DNA of 64,000 nucleotides from Planctomycetota bacterium (GTDB lineage Bacteria; Planctomycetota; PLA2; JAEUHO01). A model generated the notes under the pieces. It ran no database searches, had not been told where the DNA came from, and saw only the letters and a list, made by a program, of their open reading frames with translations. Of the stretch, positions 45,173 to 53,812 are shown one piece after another. Position 1 is the stretch's first letter. Each line of letters opens with the position of its first letter. The stretch covers positions 64,001-128,000 of the forward strand of contig CBDCWP010000039.1 of NCBI GenBank assembly GCA_965223505.1, written 5' to 3'. A program made the translations under genes and the position numbers.

Positions 45173-45178
45173 CGCTAA

Positions 45179-46096
45179 CTAGTCGTCGGACTCTCTCACG
45201 ACGCGGCTCCCGTAGTAGAGGATGAAACGCGTGCGATCATCCGCGCCGCTCTCCTTCAAGATGCGATCCCGGTCGTAGCGCTCCGCCTGGGCGCCGACGT
45301 GGAGAAACGGGATCAGCGCGATCAGGCCGATCGTGACCACCACGAGCAGGGGCGTGAGGATCCTGCGGCGCGGATGCAGCGTGACCCAGCCCGCGGCGAG
45401 CCCCCATGCGGCGCCCATGCCGTGTGCCCAGTTGCCGATTCTGAAGTTGAGCACCTCTAGCTGTGTGATCACGACACAGATCACCAGCCATGTTGCGAGG
45501 AACTTCGCCGTGCGTTCGTTGAGCACCACCGCCGCGATCGGGTTCGTCTTGCGGTGCACGAACAGGAATCCGGCCAGCGCGTAGACGACGCCCGACAGTC
45601 CGATGCCGGGACCCGTCGCGACCCATTGGGCGCCTCCGGAGATCATCGCGGAACCGACGACCAGCAACACGAAGTGGCCGCGGCCGAAGCCCCACTCGAT
45701 CGCGCGTCCCAGATCCCAGATCCACCACGCGTTGAACGCGATGTGGAGCAGGCCGCCGTGGAAGAACGCGGAGCCGAGCAGCGGCCAGACTTCGCCGTCC
45801 CAGATGCGCGGTCCTTCCCAAAGCTGGAGGATGAGAATGTCGTACAGCCCGGCCGAGCCCTTGCTGCGTCCCGCGACGAACTCCAGCAGGAAGAACACGG
45901 CGGCGATGCCGAGAACGACCAACGTGCCCACAGGTTTGCGATCATTGATCGACTTGCGCACGCGCACCTGCATGCGCTCGCGAATGCCGTGGGCGCAGTT
46001 GGCGCACTGCAGCTCCGGCTCGATCCCGAACATGTCGGAGCGGGGGGCCTTCACGCCGCAGGTCGAGCAGTGGACGATGGGGTCGTCGTCGGACAT
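45179..46096 (-). CDS. Rhomboid intramembrane serine protease with N-terminal zinc-finger
   Basis: CSTC..CANC; HGGLLHIAFN, GLSG (catalytic Ser), AHGMG (catalytic His). Confidence 0.88.
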   Translation of the reverse strand: MSDDDPIVHCSTCGVKAPRSDMFGIEPELQCANCAHGIRERMQVRVRKSINDRKPVGTLVVLGIAAVFFLLEFVAGRSKGSAGLYDILILQLWEGPRIWDGEVWPLLGSAFFHGGLLHIAFNAWWIWDLGRAIEWGFGRGHFVLLVVGSAMISGGAQWVATGPGIGLSGVVYALAGFLFVHRKTNPIAAVVLNERTAKFLATWLVICVVITQLEVLNFRIGNWAHGMGAAWGLAAGWVTLHPRRRILTPLLVVVTIGLIALIPFLHVGAQAERYDRDRILKESGADDRTRFILYYGSRVVRESDD

Positions 46097-46207
46097 TCCG
46101 GCCCTTCCATACCATGCGAATCGCCTTTCCGGACGGCGCTCGGACCGAGGACGGGCCCGTGTCCGGGGCCGCGTATTCTTGGTGGGACCCCGAAGGAGGC
46201 ACCGACC

Positions 46208-47353
46208 GTGGACTTCGAGCTGCCTGAAGAGCTGCAGATGTTGCAGGAGGCGGCGCGCGACTTCGCCCAAGCCGAGCTCGCGCCGCTTGCCAAGGAATCG
46301 GACAAGACCGAGTCGTTCGTCGCGGAGCAGATCCGGCTGTGCGCGGAGCAAGGCTTCATGGGCATGGCCGTGCCGGAGAAATACGGCGGCTCCGAGCTCG
46401 GCGCTGTGGGCACGAGCCTCGTCCTCATGGAGATCAACAAGGCGTGCGCCGCCACGGGCACCACCGTGTCGGTGCACAACAGCCTGACCTGCGGCGGCAT
46501 CCTGATCGCCGGGAACGAGGAGCAGAAGCAGCGCTACCTCCCGAAGCTGGCCTCCGGCGAGTGGCTCGGCGCCTACTCCCTGTCGGAAGCCGGCAGCGGC
46601 TCGGACGCCGGATCGCTGGTCTGCCGGGCGGAGCCCGACGGCGACGGCGGTTTCATCTTGAACGGCACGAAGCTGTGGGTGAGCCACGGCGATCAGGCCG
46701 ATCTCGTGCTGCTCTTCGCGCGCACCGACCGCGACGCCGGGAACAAGGGCATCACCGCCTTCCTGGTCGAGACGGCGTGGGAGGGGTTCAAGCCCGGGAA
46801 GAAGGAGCTGAAGATGGGCATCCGCGGCTCCTCGACCGTGGAGCTGCACCTCGACAACGTCCGCGTGCCGGCGGCCAACGTGCTCGGCGAGATCAACCGC
46901 GGCTTCTCGATCGCGCTCAAGATCCTCGACACCGGCCGCATCGGGATCGCCAGCCAGGCCGTCGGGATCGCCGACGCCTGCCTGGAGGCGTCCGTGAAGT
47001 ACTCGCGCGAGCGCGAGCAGTTCGGCCGGCCGATCGCCGAGTTCGGCGCGATCCAGGAGAAGATCGCCGACATGGCGACCGAGATCGACGCGGCGCGCCT
47101 GCTCGTGTTCCGCGCGGCGTCGCTGCGCGACAAGGGTGTCGCGCACGGGCGCGAGGCATCGATGGCCAAGCTCGCCGCGTCCCGCTGCGCGAACTTCTGC
47201 GCCACGCAGGCCATCCAGGTGCACGGCGGCGCCGGCTACACGACCGACTTCCCCGTCGAACGCTACTTCCGCGACGCCCGTGTCACCGAGATCTACGAGG
47301 GCACCACGGAGATCCAGAAGTACGTCATTGCGCGGAGCTACCTTTCGGCCTGA
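46208..47353 (+). CDS. Acyl-CoA dehydrogenase (short/branched chain)
   Basis: GTG start after AAGGAGG; LSEAGSGSD, NGTKLW, KMGIRGS, REQFG, IYEGT.EIQ. Confidence 0.93.
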   Translation: MDFELPEELQMLQEAARDFAQAELAPLAKESDKTESFVAEQIRLCAEQGFMGMAVPEKYGGSELGAVGTSLVLMEINKACAATGTTVSVHNSLTCGGILIAGNEEQKQRYLPKLASGEWLGAYSLSEAGSGSDAGSLVCRAEPDGDGGFILNGTKLWVSHGDQADLVLLFARTDRDAGNKGITAFLVETAWEGFKPGKKELKMGIRGSSTVELHLDNVRVPAANVLGEINRGFSIALKILDTGRIGIASQAVGIADACLEASVKYSREREQFGRPIAEFGAIQEKIADMATEIDAARLLVFRAASLRDKGVAHGREASMAKLAASRCANFCATQAIQVHGGAGYTTDFPVERYFRDARVTEIYEGTTEIQKYVIARSYLSA

Positions 47354-48282
47354 TGACGGCACCTCTGGCCGACCAGCTGCGAAAGGGCGACGCGCGCGCG
47401 TTGGCGCGCGCGCTCACCGTCGTCGAGAACCGCGGCGCCGACGCGGCCGCGCTGTTGGCCGCGTTGGGGCCGCCCGGCAGTGCGCATCGGGTGGGGGTGA
47501 CGGGGCCGCCGGGCGCGGGCAAGTCGACGCTCGCCTCCGCGTTGGCGACGGCCTGGCGGCGGTCCGGGCGGCGCGTCGGCATTCTCGCCGTCGATCCGAG
47601 CAGCCCGTTCACCGGAGGCGCGCTGCTCGGGGATCGCGTGCGCATGCTGCAGCACGCCGGCGACGCCGAGGTCTTCATTCGCTCGCTGGCCTCGCGCGGC
47701 GCCGCCGGCGGGTTGAGCGCGGCCGTGTACGACGCGGCCGACGTGCTCGATGCGGCAGGGTTCGATCCCGTGTTGATCGAGACGGTCGGCGTCGGCCAGG
47801 GCGAGATCGAGATCTGCCGCGCCGCGGACACGACCGTGCTCGTGCTCGCGCCGGGTGCCGGTGACGAGGTGCAGGGCATGAAAGCCGGACTCATCGAGGC
47901 GGCCGACGTCATCGTCGTGAACCAGGCGGATCGCGACGGCGCCGAGCGGTTGGCGACGTCGCTGCGCACGGCGCTCGAGCTGCGCACGACGGACCGTCCG
48001 CAGCCGCATGTCGTGCAGACCGTCGCGTCCACCGGTCAGGGCGTCGACACGCTGCGCGAGTTCCTGGACCAACGGGCCGGGGCCATCGAGCTCGACGCCG
48101 GTGTCGGCGCGCGACGCGTCGAGCGAGCACGCGCGCGCATTCGTGCGTCGATCGAACGCCGGCTGATGTCCCAGTGGTGGGCGGGCCGCGAAGACGCGCT
48201 CGAGCAGGCGGCGCGGGCGGTCGCGGAGGGTGCCGTCTCGACGGCGGGCGCCGTGGAGCAGCTGATGGAGGGTGACGCGTGA
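47353..48282 (+). CDS. meaB: MeaB/ArgK GTPase chaperone of B12-dependent mutases
   Basis: [44 protein letters not shown]. Confidence 0.92.
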   Translation: MTAPLADQLRKGDARALARALTVVENRGADAAALLAALGPPGSAHRVGVTGPPGAGKSTLASALATAWRRSGRRVGILAVDPSSPFTGGALLGDRVRMLQHAGDAEVFIRSLASRGAAGGLSAAVYDAADVLDAAGFDPVLIETVGVGQGEIEICRAADTTVLVLAPGAGDEVQGMKAGLIEAADVIVVNQADRDGAERLATSLRTALELRTTDRPQPHVVQTVASTGQGVDTLREFLDQRAGAIELDAGVGARRVERARARIRASIERRLMSQWWAGREDALEQAARAVAEGAVSTAGAVEQLMEGDA

Positions 48283-48701
48283 GCGAGTCCCGACCCGTAC
48301 GCGTGCTGGTCGCGAAGGCCGGTCTCGACGGCCACGACCGTGGGGCAAAGGTCGTGGCTGCCGGGCTGCGTGATGCCGGCCTCGAGGTCATCTACACCGG
48401 GCTTCGCCAGACGCCCGAGATGATCGTCGACGCGGCCGTGCAGGAAGACGTGGACTGCATCGGCATCTCGATCCACTCGGGCGCCCACATGACGGTCTTT
48501 CCCCGCGTCATGGAGTTGTTGCGGGAGGCGGGCGCCGAGCAGGTCCTCCTTACGGGGGGTGGTATCATCCCGCCCGAAGACGCCGAGAAGCTCCTCGACA
48601 TGGGGATCGGCAAGCTCTTCGGCCCCGGAACACCGCTGGGGGAGTTGGCCGTCTACATCCGCGAAGAGGTCGACCGCCGGCGCAACGCAGCGGCGTCTTG
48701 A
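48279..48701 (+). CDS. Cobalamin-binding small subunit of an acyl-CoA mutase
   Basis: [10 protein letters not shown] (DxHxxG), [20 protein letters not shown]. Confidence 0.92.
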   Translation: MSESRPVRVLVAKAGLDGHDRGAKVVAAGLRDAGLEVIYTGLRQTPEMIVDAAVQEDVDCIGISIHSGAHMTVFPRVMELLREAGAEQVLLTGGGIIPPEDAEKLLDMGIGKLFGPGTPLGELAVYIREEVDRRRNAAAS

Positions 48702-49900
48702 TGGAGCTCATGGAACTCGACACGACCACCAACCCGGATGCGAGCCCGTACCTCACCGAGGATCACATCGAGATCCGCAACATGGTGCGCGAGTTCGCCT
48801 TGGCCGAGGTCGCGCCGCTCGCGGCGTCGCTGGACGAAGAGAAGCGTTTCCCCGAGGAGACGATTCCGAAGCTGGCCGAACTCGGACTGCTCGGTGTGCC
48901 GTGGCCCGAGGAGTTCGGCGGCGCCGGCCTCGACTACCGCGCGTACAGCCTCGTCATCGAGGAGCTGTCGCGCGTGTGCGGAACCACGGGCATCACCGTC
49001 GCGGCGCACACGTCGCTCGGCACCGGCCCGATCTTCCACTTCGGCACCGAGGAACAACGCCGGCGTTGGGTGCCCCCGCTGGCGGCCGGCGACGTGCTGG
49101 GCGCGTTCGCGCTGACGGAGCCGGGCGCCGGTTCGGACGCCAAGGCGACGCGCGTCACGGCCGTGCGTGACGGCGACGTGTACGTGGTCAACGGCACGAA
49201 GATCTACTGCACGAACGGAACGCACGCGGGCACGATCGTCTTCACGGCGCGCGAGGGCGGCGAGGTCGGCGACACGACGCAGATCAGCGCGTTCGTGGTC
49301 GAGAAGGGCACGCCCGGCTTCGAGTACGGCGTGCTGGAGGACAAGCTCGGTCTACGCGGGTCGGACACGCGCGAGATCGTGTTCGAGAATTGCCGTATTC
49401 CCCGGGAGAACAAGCTCGGCGAGGACGGCAAGGGGTTCGCGCAGTTCATGAAGACGCTCGAGGCCGGGCGTATCTCGATCGGCGCGATGGCGGTCGGGCT
49501 GGCGCAGGGCGCGCTCGACGCGGCGTTGCCGTACGCGAAGCAGCGCAAGCAGTTCGGCAAGCGCTTGATCGACATGCAGCCGGTGGCGCATCAGCTTGCG
49601 GACATGGCGGTGGAGCTGCATGCGGCGCGAAGCCTCGTGCACGACGCGGCGTGGCGCAAGGATCACGGGATGGAGTTCGCGCCGGTCGCGTCCGCGGCGA
49701 AGCTGTATGCCTCGGAGGTCGCGATGCGATGCGCGCACAAGGCGATCCAGATCATGGGTGGCGTGGGATACACGCGGGAGTACCCGGTCGAGCGGATCAT
49801 GCGTGACGCGAAGTTGTGCGAGATCGGCGAGGGCACGTCGGAGATCCAGCGCTTGATCTTGGCGCGGTATCTCGACAACGGCGAACACGCCGGGTTGTAG
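48701..49900 (+). CDS. Acyl-CoA dehydrogenase
   Basis: [36 protein letters not shown]. Confidence 0.93.
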   Translation: MELMELDTTTNPDASPYLTEDHIEIRNMVREFALAEVAPLAASLDEEKRFPEETIPKLAELGLLGVPWPEEFGGAGLDYRAYSLVIEELSRVCGTTGITVAAHTSLGTGPIFHFGTEEQRRRWVPPLAAGDVLGAFALTEPGAGSDAKATRVTAVRDGDVYVVNGTKIYCTNGTHAGTIVFTAREGGEVGDTTQISAFVVEKGTPGFEYGVLEDKLGLRGSDTREIVFENCRIPRENKLGEDGKGFAQFMKTLEAGRISIGAMAVGLAQGALDAALPYAKQRKQFGKRLIDMQPVAHQLADMAVELHAARSLVHDAAWRKDHGMEFAPVASAAKLYASEVAMRCAHKAIQIMGGVGYTREYPVERIMRDAKLCEIGEGTSEIQRLILARYLDNGEHAGL

Positions 49901-49926
49901 GCCCGCTGGATGTAGGCCCGCTGGAT
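49897..49926 (+). repeat. Tandem 15-bp duplication GTAGGCCCGCTGGAT x2
   Basis: Exact copies at 49897-49911 and 49912-49926; the first includes the upstream gene's stop codon. Confidence 0.8.
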
Positions 49927-50028
49927 ACTCGACCTTCGCGGTCGGTCGTGCTCTGCACGACGACGCGCCGAGCCGGCGCACACTGACGACGCACGCTCGG
50001 TTCCCTGCCGCCGACGACACGAATTCGG

Positions 50029-50130
50029 GCAATGGACCTAGCCGGTCGGGCGACCTGTAGGGGCAGCCCTTGTGGCTGCCCAATGGGCGCCGGACGTACA
50101 TGGTTGGGCGACCACGAGGGTCGCCCCTAC
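50029..50130. repeat. 102-bp REP-doublet unit, copy 1
   Basis: REP at 50057-50081 (+) and inverted REP at 50106-50130; about 7 mismatches against the copy at 53116-53217. Confidence 0.9.
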
Positions 50131-51125
50131 GGTGACTTGCGGGCTCGGCGACGCATCAACGGCAGGAACGTCAGCAGCGCCGCCAAACTGCAGGCGGCGA
50201 TGACCCAAAGGACGAGCGACTGCCTGGGTACTCGCTGGGATCGCTCGACTCTCGGCTCGGGCGGAGGCGGGGCATTGAACTCGATGACGCAATCGAGATC
50301 GGGGAGCACGATCGCGCAGTCACCGCGCGTCAGTAGCAAGTCAACGAGCCCCGTCAAGTAGCTGATCTCAATGTCGTCTGAGGAGAAATGGAGCGCTACA
50401 GATGTTCCATCGAAGGCGCGACCAATCTCCTGCCAAAGCTCCTCGACCCGAGCGGGATACTCAAGCGCCGCAGCAAGCGACTTCGGACGCGGGCCCTTCG
50501 GAAAGCGGAAGGTGTGCTGCGACTTGCCGAGAACAAGTTCGACGAATCGTTCGAGCTCGTTTGTGCCATGGCGCACGAGGCGAATCGTAGCGACGTCGGC
50601 ATCAGACTTCGTAATCGCTCGAAGTTGGCCGGGAAAGACGAAGGTGCGTCGAACGCGATGACGGACTGTCGCGGGCGGCATGACGATGAGGTCCATACTC
50701 CCGATCTTCAGGCTTGGATCGCGCAGCACCTCGATGATCGCCGCAACCCATCCCCACATCGAATTCCGGTCTGCGCGGATTCGCACGCCGTCGATCGCCG
50801 GAGACGAGACGCGATCTGGACCATTCAGCGCCAGCAGCTCTTGCTGTAGCGCCCGCGCCGAGATCTCTGCATAGTACGGGTCGGAAGAACCAAGAGGCCA
50901 CGAGTTCCCCTTGAACGTCGTAGTGCCGTTGGACTCGACCGCGACCACGAACCCGGGATAGCGTGGGCTCCAGTCGCTCCAAGGCTCAGTTACCTCGGTT
51001 CCGTTCTGCGCTTGCGGCAATTGGACCGGCACGGCGAGAGTGCTCGGATAGTGCTCTCGCCGCGGTTCTTCGAAACAAGCCGTAAAGAGCATGAACGCGC
51101 AGGCCATGGCAGCGAAACGTCTCAC
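50127..51125 (-). CDS. Hypothetical lipoprotein with ExbD/TolR-like domain and C-terminal TM anchor
   Basis: Lipobox LFTAC; V.LP.A and IRADR...WG.V..II..L resemble ExbD; C-terminal hydrophobic helix plus RRRARK; lower GC. Confidence 0.55.
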   Translation of the reverse strand: MRRFAAMACAFMLFTACFEEPRREHYPSTLAVPVQLPQAQNGTEVTEPWSDWSPRYPGFVVAVESNGTTTFKGNSWPLGSSDPYYAEISARALQQELLALNGPDRVSSPAIDGVRIRADRNSMWGWVAAIIEVLRDPSLKIGSMDLIVMPPATVRHRVRRTFVFPGQLRAITKSDADVATIRLVRHGTNELERFVELVLGKSQHTFRFPKGPRPKSLAAALEYPARVEELWQEIGRAFDGTSVALHFSSDDIEISYLTGLVDLLLTRGDCAIVLPDLDCVIEFNAPPPPEPRVERSQRVPRQSLVLWVIAACSLAALLTFLPLMRRRARKSP

Positions 51126-51353
51126 TCTGCATCAAAGGTACTTGGCCGACCGGGATCCGCCGGACGTAGAATCCATTCATGACCAGATGCATGCCTCGGT
51201 CGGCGATGGGAACCGCAATGGGGCATCACATCCCGATGTTCTTCGTCCTCTTGGGGACTGAGGTCTTCTTCAAGTCCGAGTTGATGTGGACGTTCATCGG
51301 TGACTTCTCGATGGGCAGAGCAACGTTCTTTCTGTAAATCGCTGAGCAGCTGA

Positions 51354-52538
51354 TCAACTCTCGTCCCTCGGCAGGTACCTCCGTCCGGTTTCCCATTCCT
51401 CGCTGATCTCGATAAGCACCGCGCTTGCGAGCCGCAGCAAGGACGCTTCGTTCGGGAACAATCCGGCGACGCGAGTGCGGCGGCGGATCTGCTGATTCAG
51501 GTTCTCGAGGCTGTTGGTGGTGCGAAGGCGCTTGCGCTGCGCTTCGTTCAGGCCGAGATCGAACACGGTGAAGCCCTGCGGAATGTTCTCTTCGGCCCAG
51601 CGCGCCAGGTCGGGCGCGGGCTTGTCCCACTTCTTCACGAAGGCCTTGAGCTTCTCTTCGGCCTCGCGACGCGACGTCGCATTGAACGCGGCGCGAAGGT
51701 CAGCGGCGACGTCGCGTCGAAGCTTCTGGCGCGGAACGTAGCTCTGCGCGTTCTGCTGCAGGTGGAACTGGCAGCGCTGCCAGGCCACGCCGGCGAACCG
51801 CGCCGCCAGCGCGGCCGCAATGCCCTTGTGGCCGTCGCTGGTGATGAGCTCGACGCCGTGAAGGCCGCGATCCTGGAGAGAAGCGAGGAACTCGCGCCAA
51901 TGGACCTCGGCCTCCGAGAGGCTCACGCTCGTTCCCAGCACGCTGCGCTTGCCGTGAGAATCGACGCCGATGGCGATCAGCACAGCGCAGTCGCGCACCG
52001 ATCCGCCGTGGCGCACCTTCTCGTAGCGAGCGTCGAGTACGAGGTACTTGAACGCGCCGAGCGGACGTGTGCGCCAGCGCTCGAGCTCCTCGTCGAGCAG
52101 CGCAGCTGCTCTCGACACGCTCGTGGAGCTGATCTCCAGGCCGTTGCAAAGCACCTTCGTGATCGCCTCGACACGCCGCGTCGAGACGCCCTGGACGTAC
52201 ATCTCCGCCAGGGCCAGCGTGAGCGCTCTCTCGCTTCGCTGGCCGCGTTCGAGGCTGGAGGGGTAGAACGTGTCGCCGCCCTCGACGTCGCGAACCTGGG
52301 GCACCTGGACGTCGATCTCGCCCAAGCGGGTTCTGACGCGCTTGCGCTTGAAGCCGTTGGCGTAGCCGCGGCGCTGATCCGTGCGTTCGTGGGGCTCGGC
52401 GCCGAGGAAGGCACTGCGTTCGACCTTCATGGCCTCGTTCACCAGCACCCGCATCGCCTCAGCCATGCCGTCGAACCCGTTCTCGCTGAGCGCTTCCAGT
52501 GCGTCGCCCCAAGGCGTACGCTGTTCGTGGTGGGTCAC
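51354..52538 (-). CDS. IS256 family (Mutator-like) DDE transposase
   Basis: MYVQGVSTR, LDA..EKVR, SDGH.G, QRCQFH, TTN.LE..N..IRRRTRV...FPN; AGGAGG RBS before GTG 52538. Confidence 0.96.
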   Translation of the reverse strand: MTHHEQRTPWGDALEALSENGFDGMAEAMRVLVNEAMKVERSAFLGAEPHERTDQRRGYANGFKRKRVRTRLGEIDVQVPQVRDVEGGDTFYPSSLERGQRSERALTLALAEMYVQGVSTRRVEAITKVLCNGLEISSTSVSRAAALLDEELERWRTRPLGAFKYLVLDARYEKVRHGGSVRDCAVLIAIGVDSHGKRSVLGTSVSLSEAEVHWREFLASLQDRGLHGVELITSDGHKGIAAALAARFAGVAWQRCQFHLQQNAQSYVPRQKLRRDVAADLRAAFNATSRREAEEKLKAFVKKWDKPAPDLARWAEENIPQGFTVFDLGLNEAQRKRLRTTNSLENLNQQIRRRTRVAGLFPNEASLLRLASAVLIEISEEWETGRRYLPRDES

Positions 52539-52625
52539 GTCGTTCCTCCTTTGCGTGGTGTCGTTACCTGCAAAGGTACGGCGTTGATCCGCCACTCAGT
52601 TCGCCCCGGGAGATGGCGGCGCGCC

Positions 52626-52663
52626 CGCTTCGCTTGAATCAGCTAGCTGATTCAAGCGAAGCG
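52626..52663. repeat. Perfect 38-bp palindrome inside IS256, upstream of the transposase
   Basis: CGCTTCGCTTGAATCAGCT|AGCTGATTCAAGCGAAGCG. Confidence 0.9.
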
Positions 52664-53085
52664 AGCGCCTCTCCTCCGGGGAGCCATTTACAGAAAGAAC
52701 GGTACACCCTCTCTCGATGGGGCGCGAGACGAGCCGTATTTCGGGTCACACTGCGCTCAACTGGTGCCTCATGGTCGCTCTTTGGATCCTGTACATGCCG
52801 TGGATCGTGTTGTTGTGTCGGCAGCGCATTGGGACGTGGACCGGGGCCGGCTTCTCAATTGCAGTCGTCGGTCTCGCATCTCGAGTTCTGGCGGACTGCA
52901 TGATCCGTTACGACGCGCTGACGTTCGGAGATGCCGCTAGGCCAGCTCTTGTCAGAATCACTCTGATACGCGACCTCGGCCTCATCGCCTACTTCGTTGG
53001 TCTCACGCTCGTCGTCAGCGCGTGCATCACCGACATGCGGCTCGCACGTACGACGCCGCGTTGGGCGCGGTTCATGGACTGAGCT

Positions 53086-53217
53086 GTAGGGGCAGCCCTT
53101 GTGGCTGCCCAGAGAGCAATGGACCTACCCGGTTACGCGACCTGTAGCGGCAGCCCTTGTGGCTGCCCAATGGGCGCCGGACGTACATGGTTGGGCGACC
53201 ACGAGGGTCGCACCGAC
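53086..53217. repeat. Single REP (53086-53110) plus 102-bp REP-doublet unit, copy 2 (53116-53217)
   Basis: GTAGGGGCAGCCCTTGTGGCTGCCC at 53086; variant at 53144; degenerate inverted REP at 53193-53217. Confidence 0.88.
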
Positions 53218-53237
53218 AGCATCACCGAGCGCGCACG

Positions 53238-53756
53238 CTACCGGCCCGGAATCGGGATCACCTCGTGCTCGATCTCTTCTTCGACGAGCACTTCCTTCAG
53301 GCTCTCCCAATCCGTCGCGTCTTCCCCCAGGAAGTCGCTCGCCGCGTCGCCCGCGACGATCAGCTCCGGCGCATGGAACGCGTTCGAAAGCTCCAACGCC
53401 TCGCGACCGATGATCTGCCGCGCACGCGGATCCGTTTGATACGCCTCGAAGTCGTCCGGACGCTCCAGGATCACAAAGCGCGGAAACAGCTTGAAGCGGC
53501 CGACGCGCAACGCGACGTGCACCCGCACGAGCTCCTTGTTCGCCTTGATCTCCTCGCCCAGGTCCTCCGCGGAGATGTCCGTGGGCACGTACTTCGCCCA
53601 CTCCTCCATGTCGACGTTCATCATCTCGACCTCGATGCCGCCGTTCGTCTCCGGCGCGTCGATGTTCTGGAAGCCCGGGCCGAGCAGCTGCTCGACGATC
53701 GCGCGCGTCGCGCCGCCCAGGGTCCGCGTGGTGGGGAGGAGGATCTCGATGGCCAT
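53238..53756 (-). CDS. Acidic hypothetical protein
   Basis: The 3' part of the long ORF has normal codon usage from MAIEILLP; no family recognised. Confidence 0.7.
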   Translation of the reverse strand: MAIEILLPTTRTLGGATRAIVEQLLGPGFQNIDAPETNGGIEVEMMNVDMEEWAKYVPTDISAEDLGEEIKANKELVRVHVALRVGRFKLFPRFVILERPDDFEAYQTDPRARQIIGREALELSNAFHAPELIVAGDAASDFLGEDATDWESLKEVLVEEEIEHEVIPIPGR

Positions 53757-53812
53757 CGACGGGATGATGTCCCCGTCGCCGCCGGGCGACGAGGAATGGG
53801 ACGGGCCTTTCT

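Larger units (their letters stand above)
51314..52711 (-). mobile_element. IS256-family insertion sequence, 1398 bp, 8-bp TSD TCTCGATG
   Basis: Imperfect terminal IRs share CGTTCTTTCTGTAAAT; TSD at 51306-51313 and 52712-52719. Confidence 0.93.
51179..53082 (+). pseudogene. Small membrane protein gene interrupted by IS256
   Basis: Removing the IS and one TSD joins ..MFFVLLGTEVFFKSELMWTFIGDFS in frame to MGRETSR..(52717-53082); start uncertain (51179-51236). Confidence 0.6.

Noticed and set aside
45179..46096. Rhomboid as a rhombosortase
   Set aside because: No GlyGly-CTERM substrate is seen in the window, and the protein looks like a general rhomboid with a zinc-finger extension.
45179..47362. 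727-aa ORF suggesting an extended rhomboid
   Set aside because: The N-terminal part is antisense to the acyl-CoA dehydrogenase; the credible start is 46096.
51226..51630. 134-aa minus-strand ORF crossing the IS256 end
   Set aside because: It is a chimera of an off-frame IS reading and flanking DNA; the plus-strand frame rejoins cleanly across the TSD instead.
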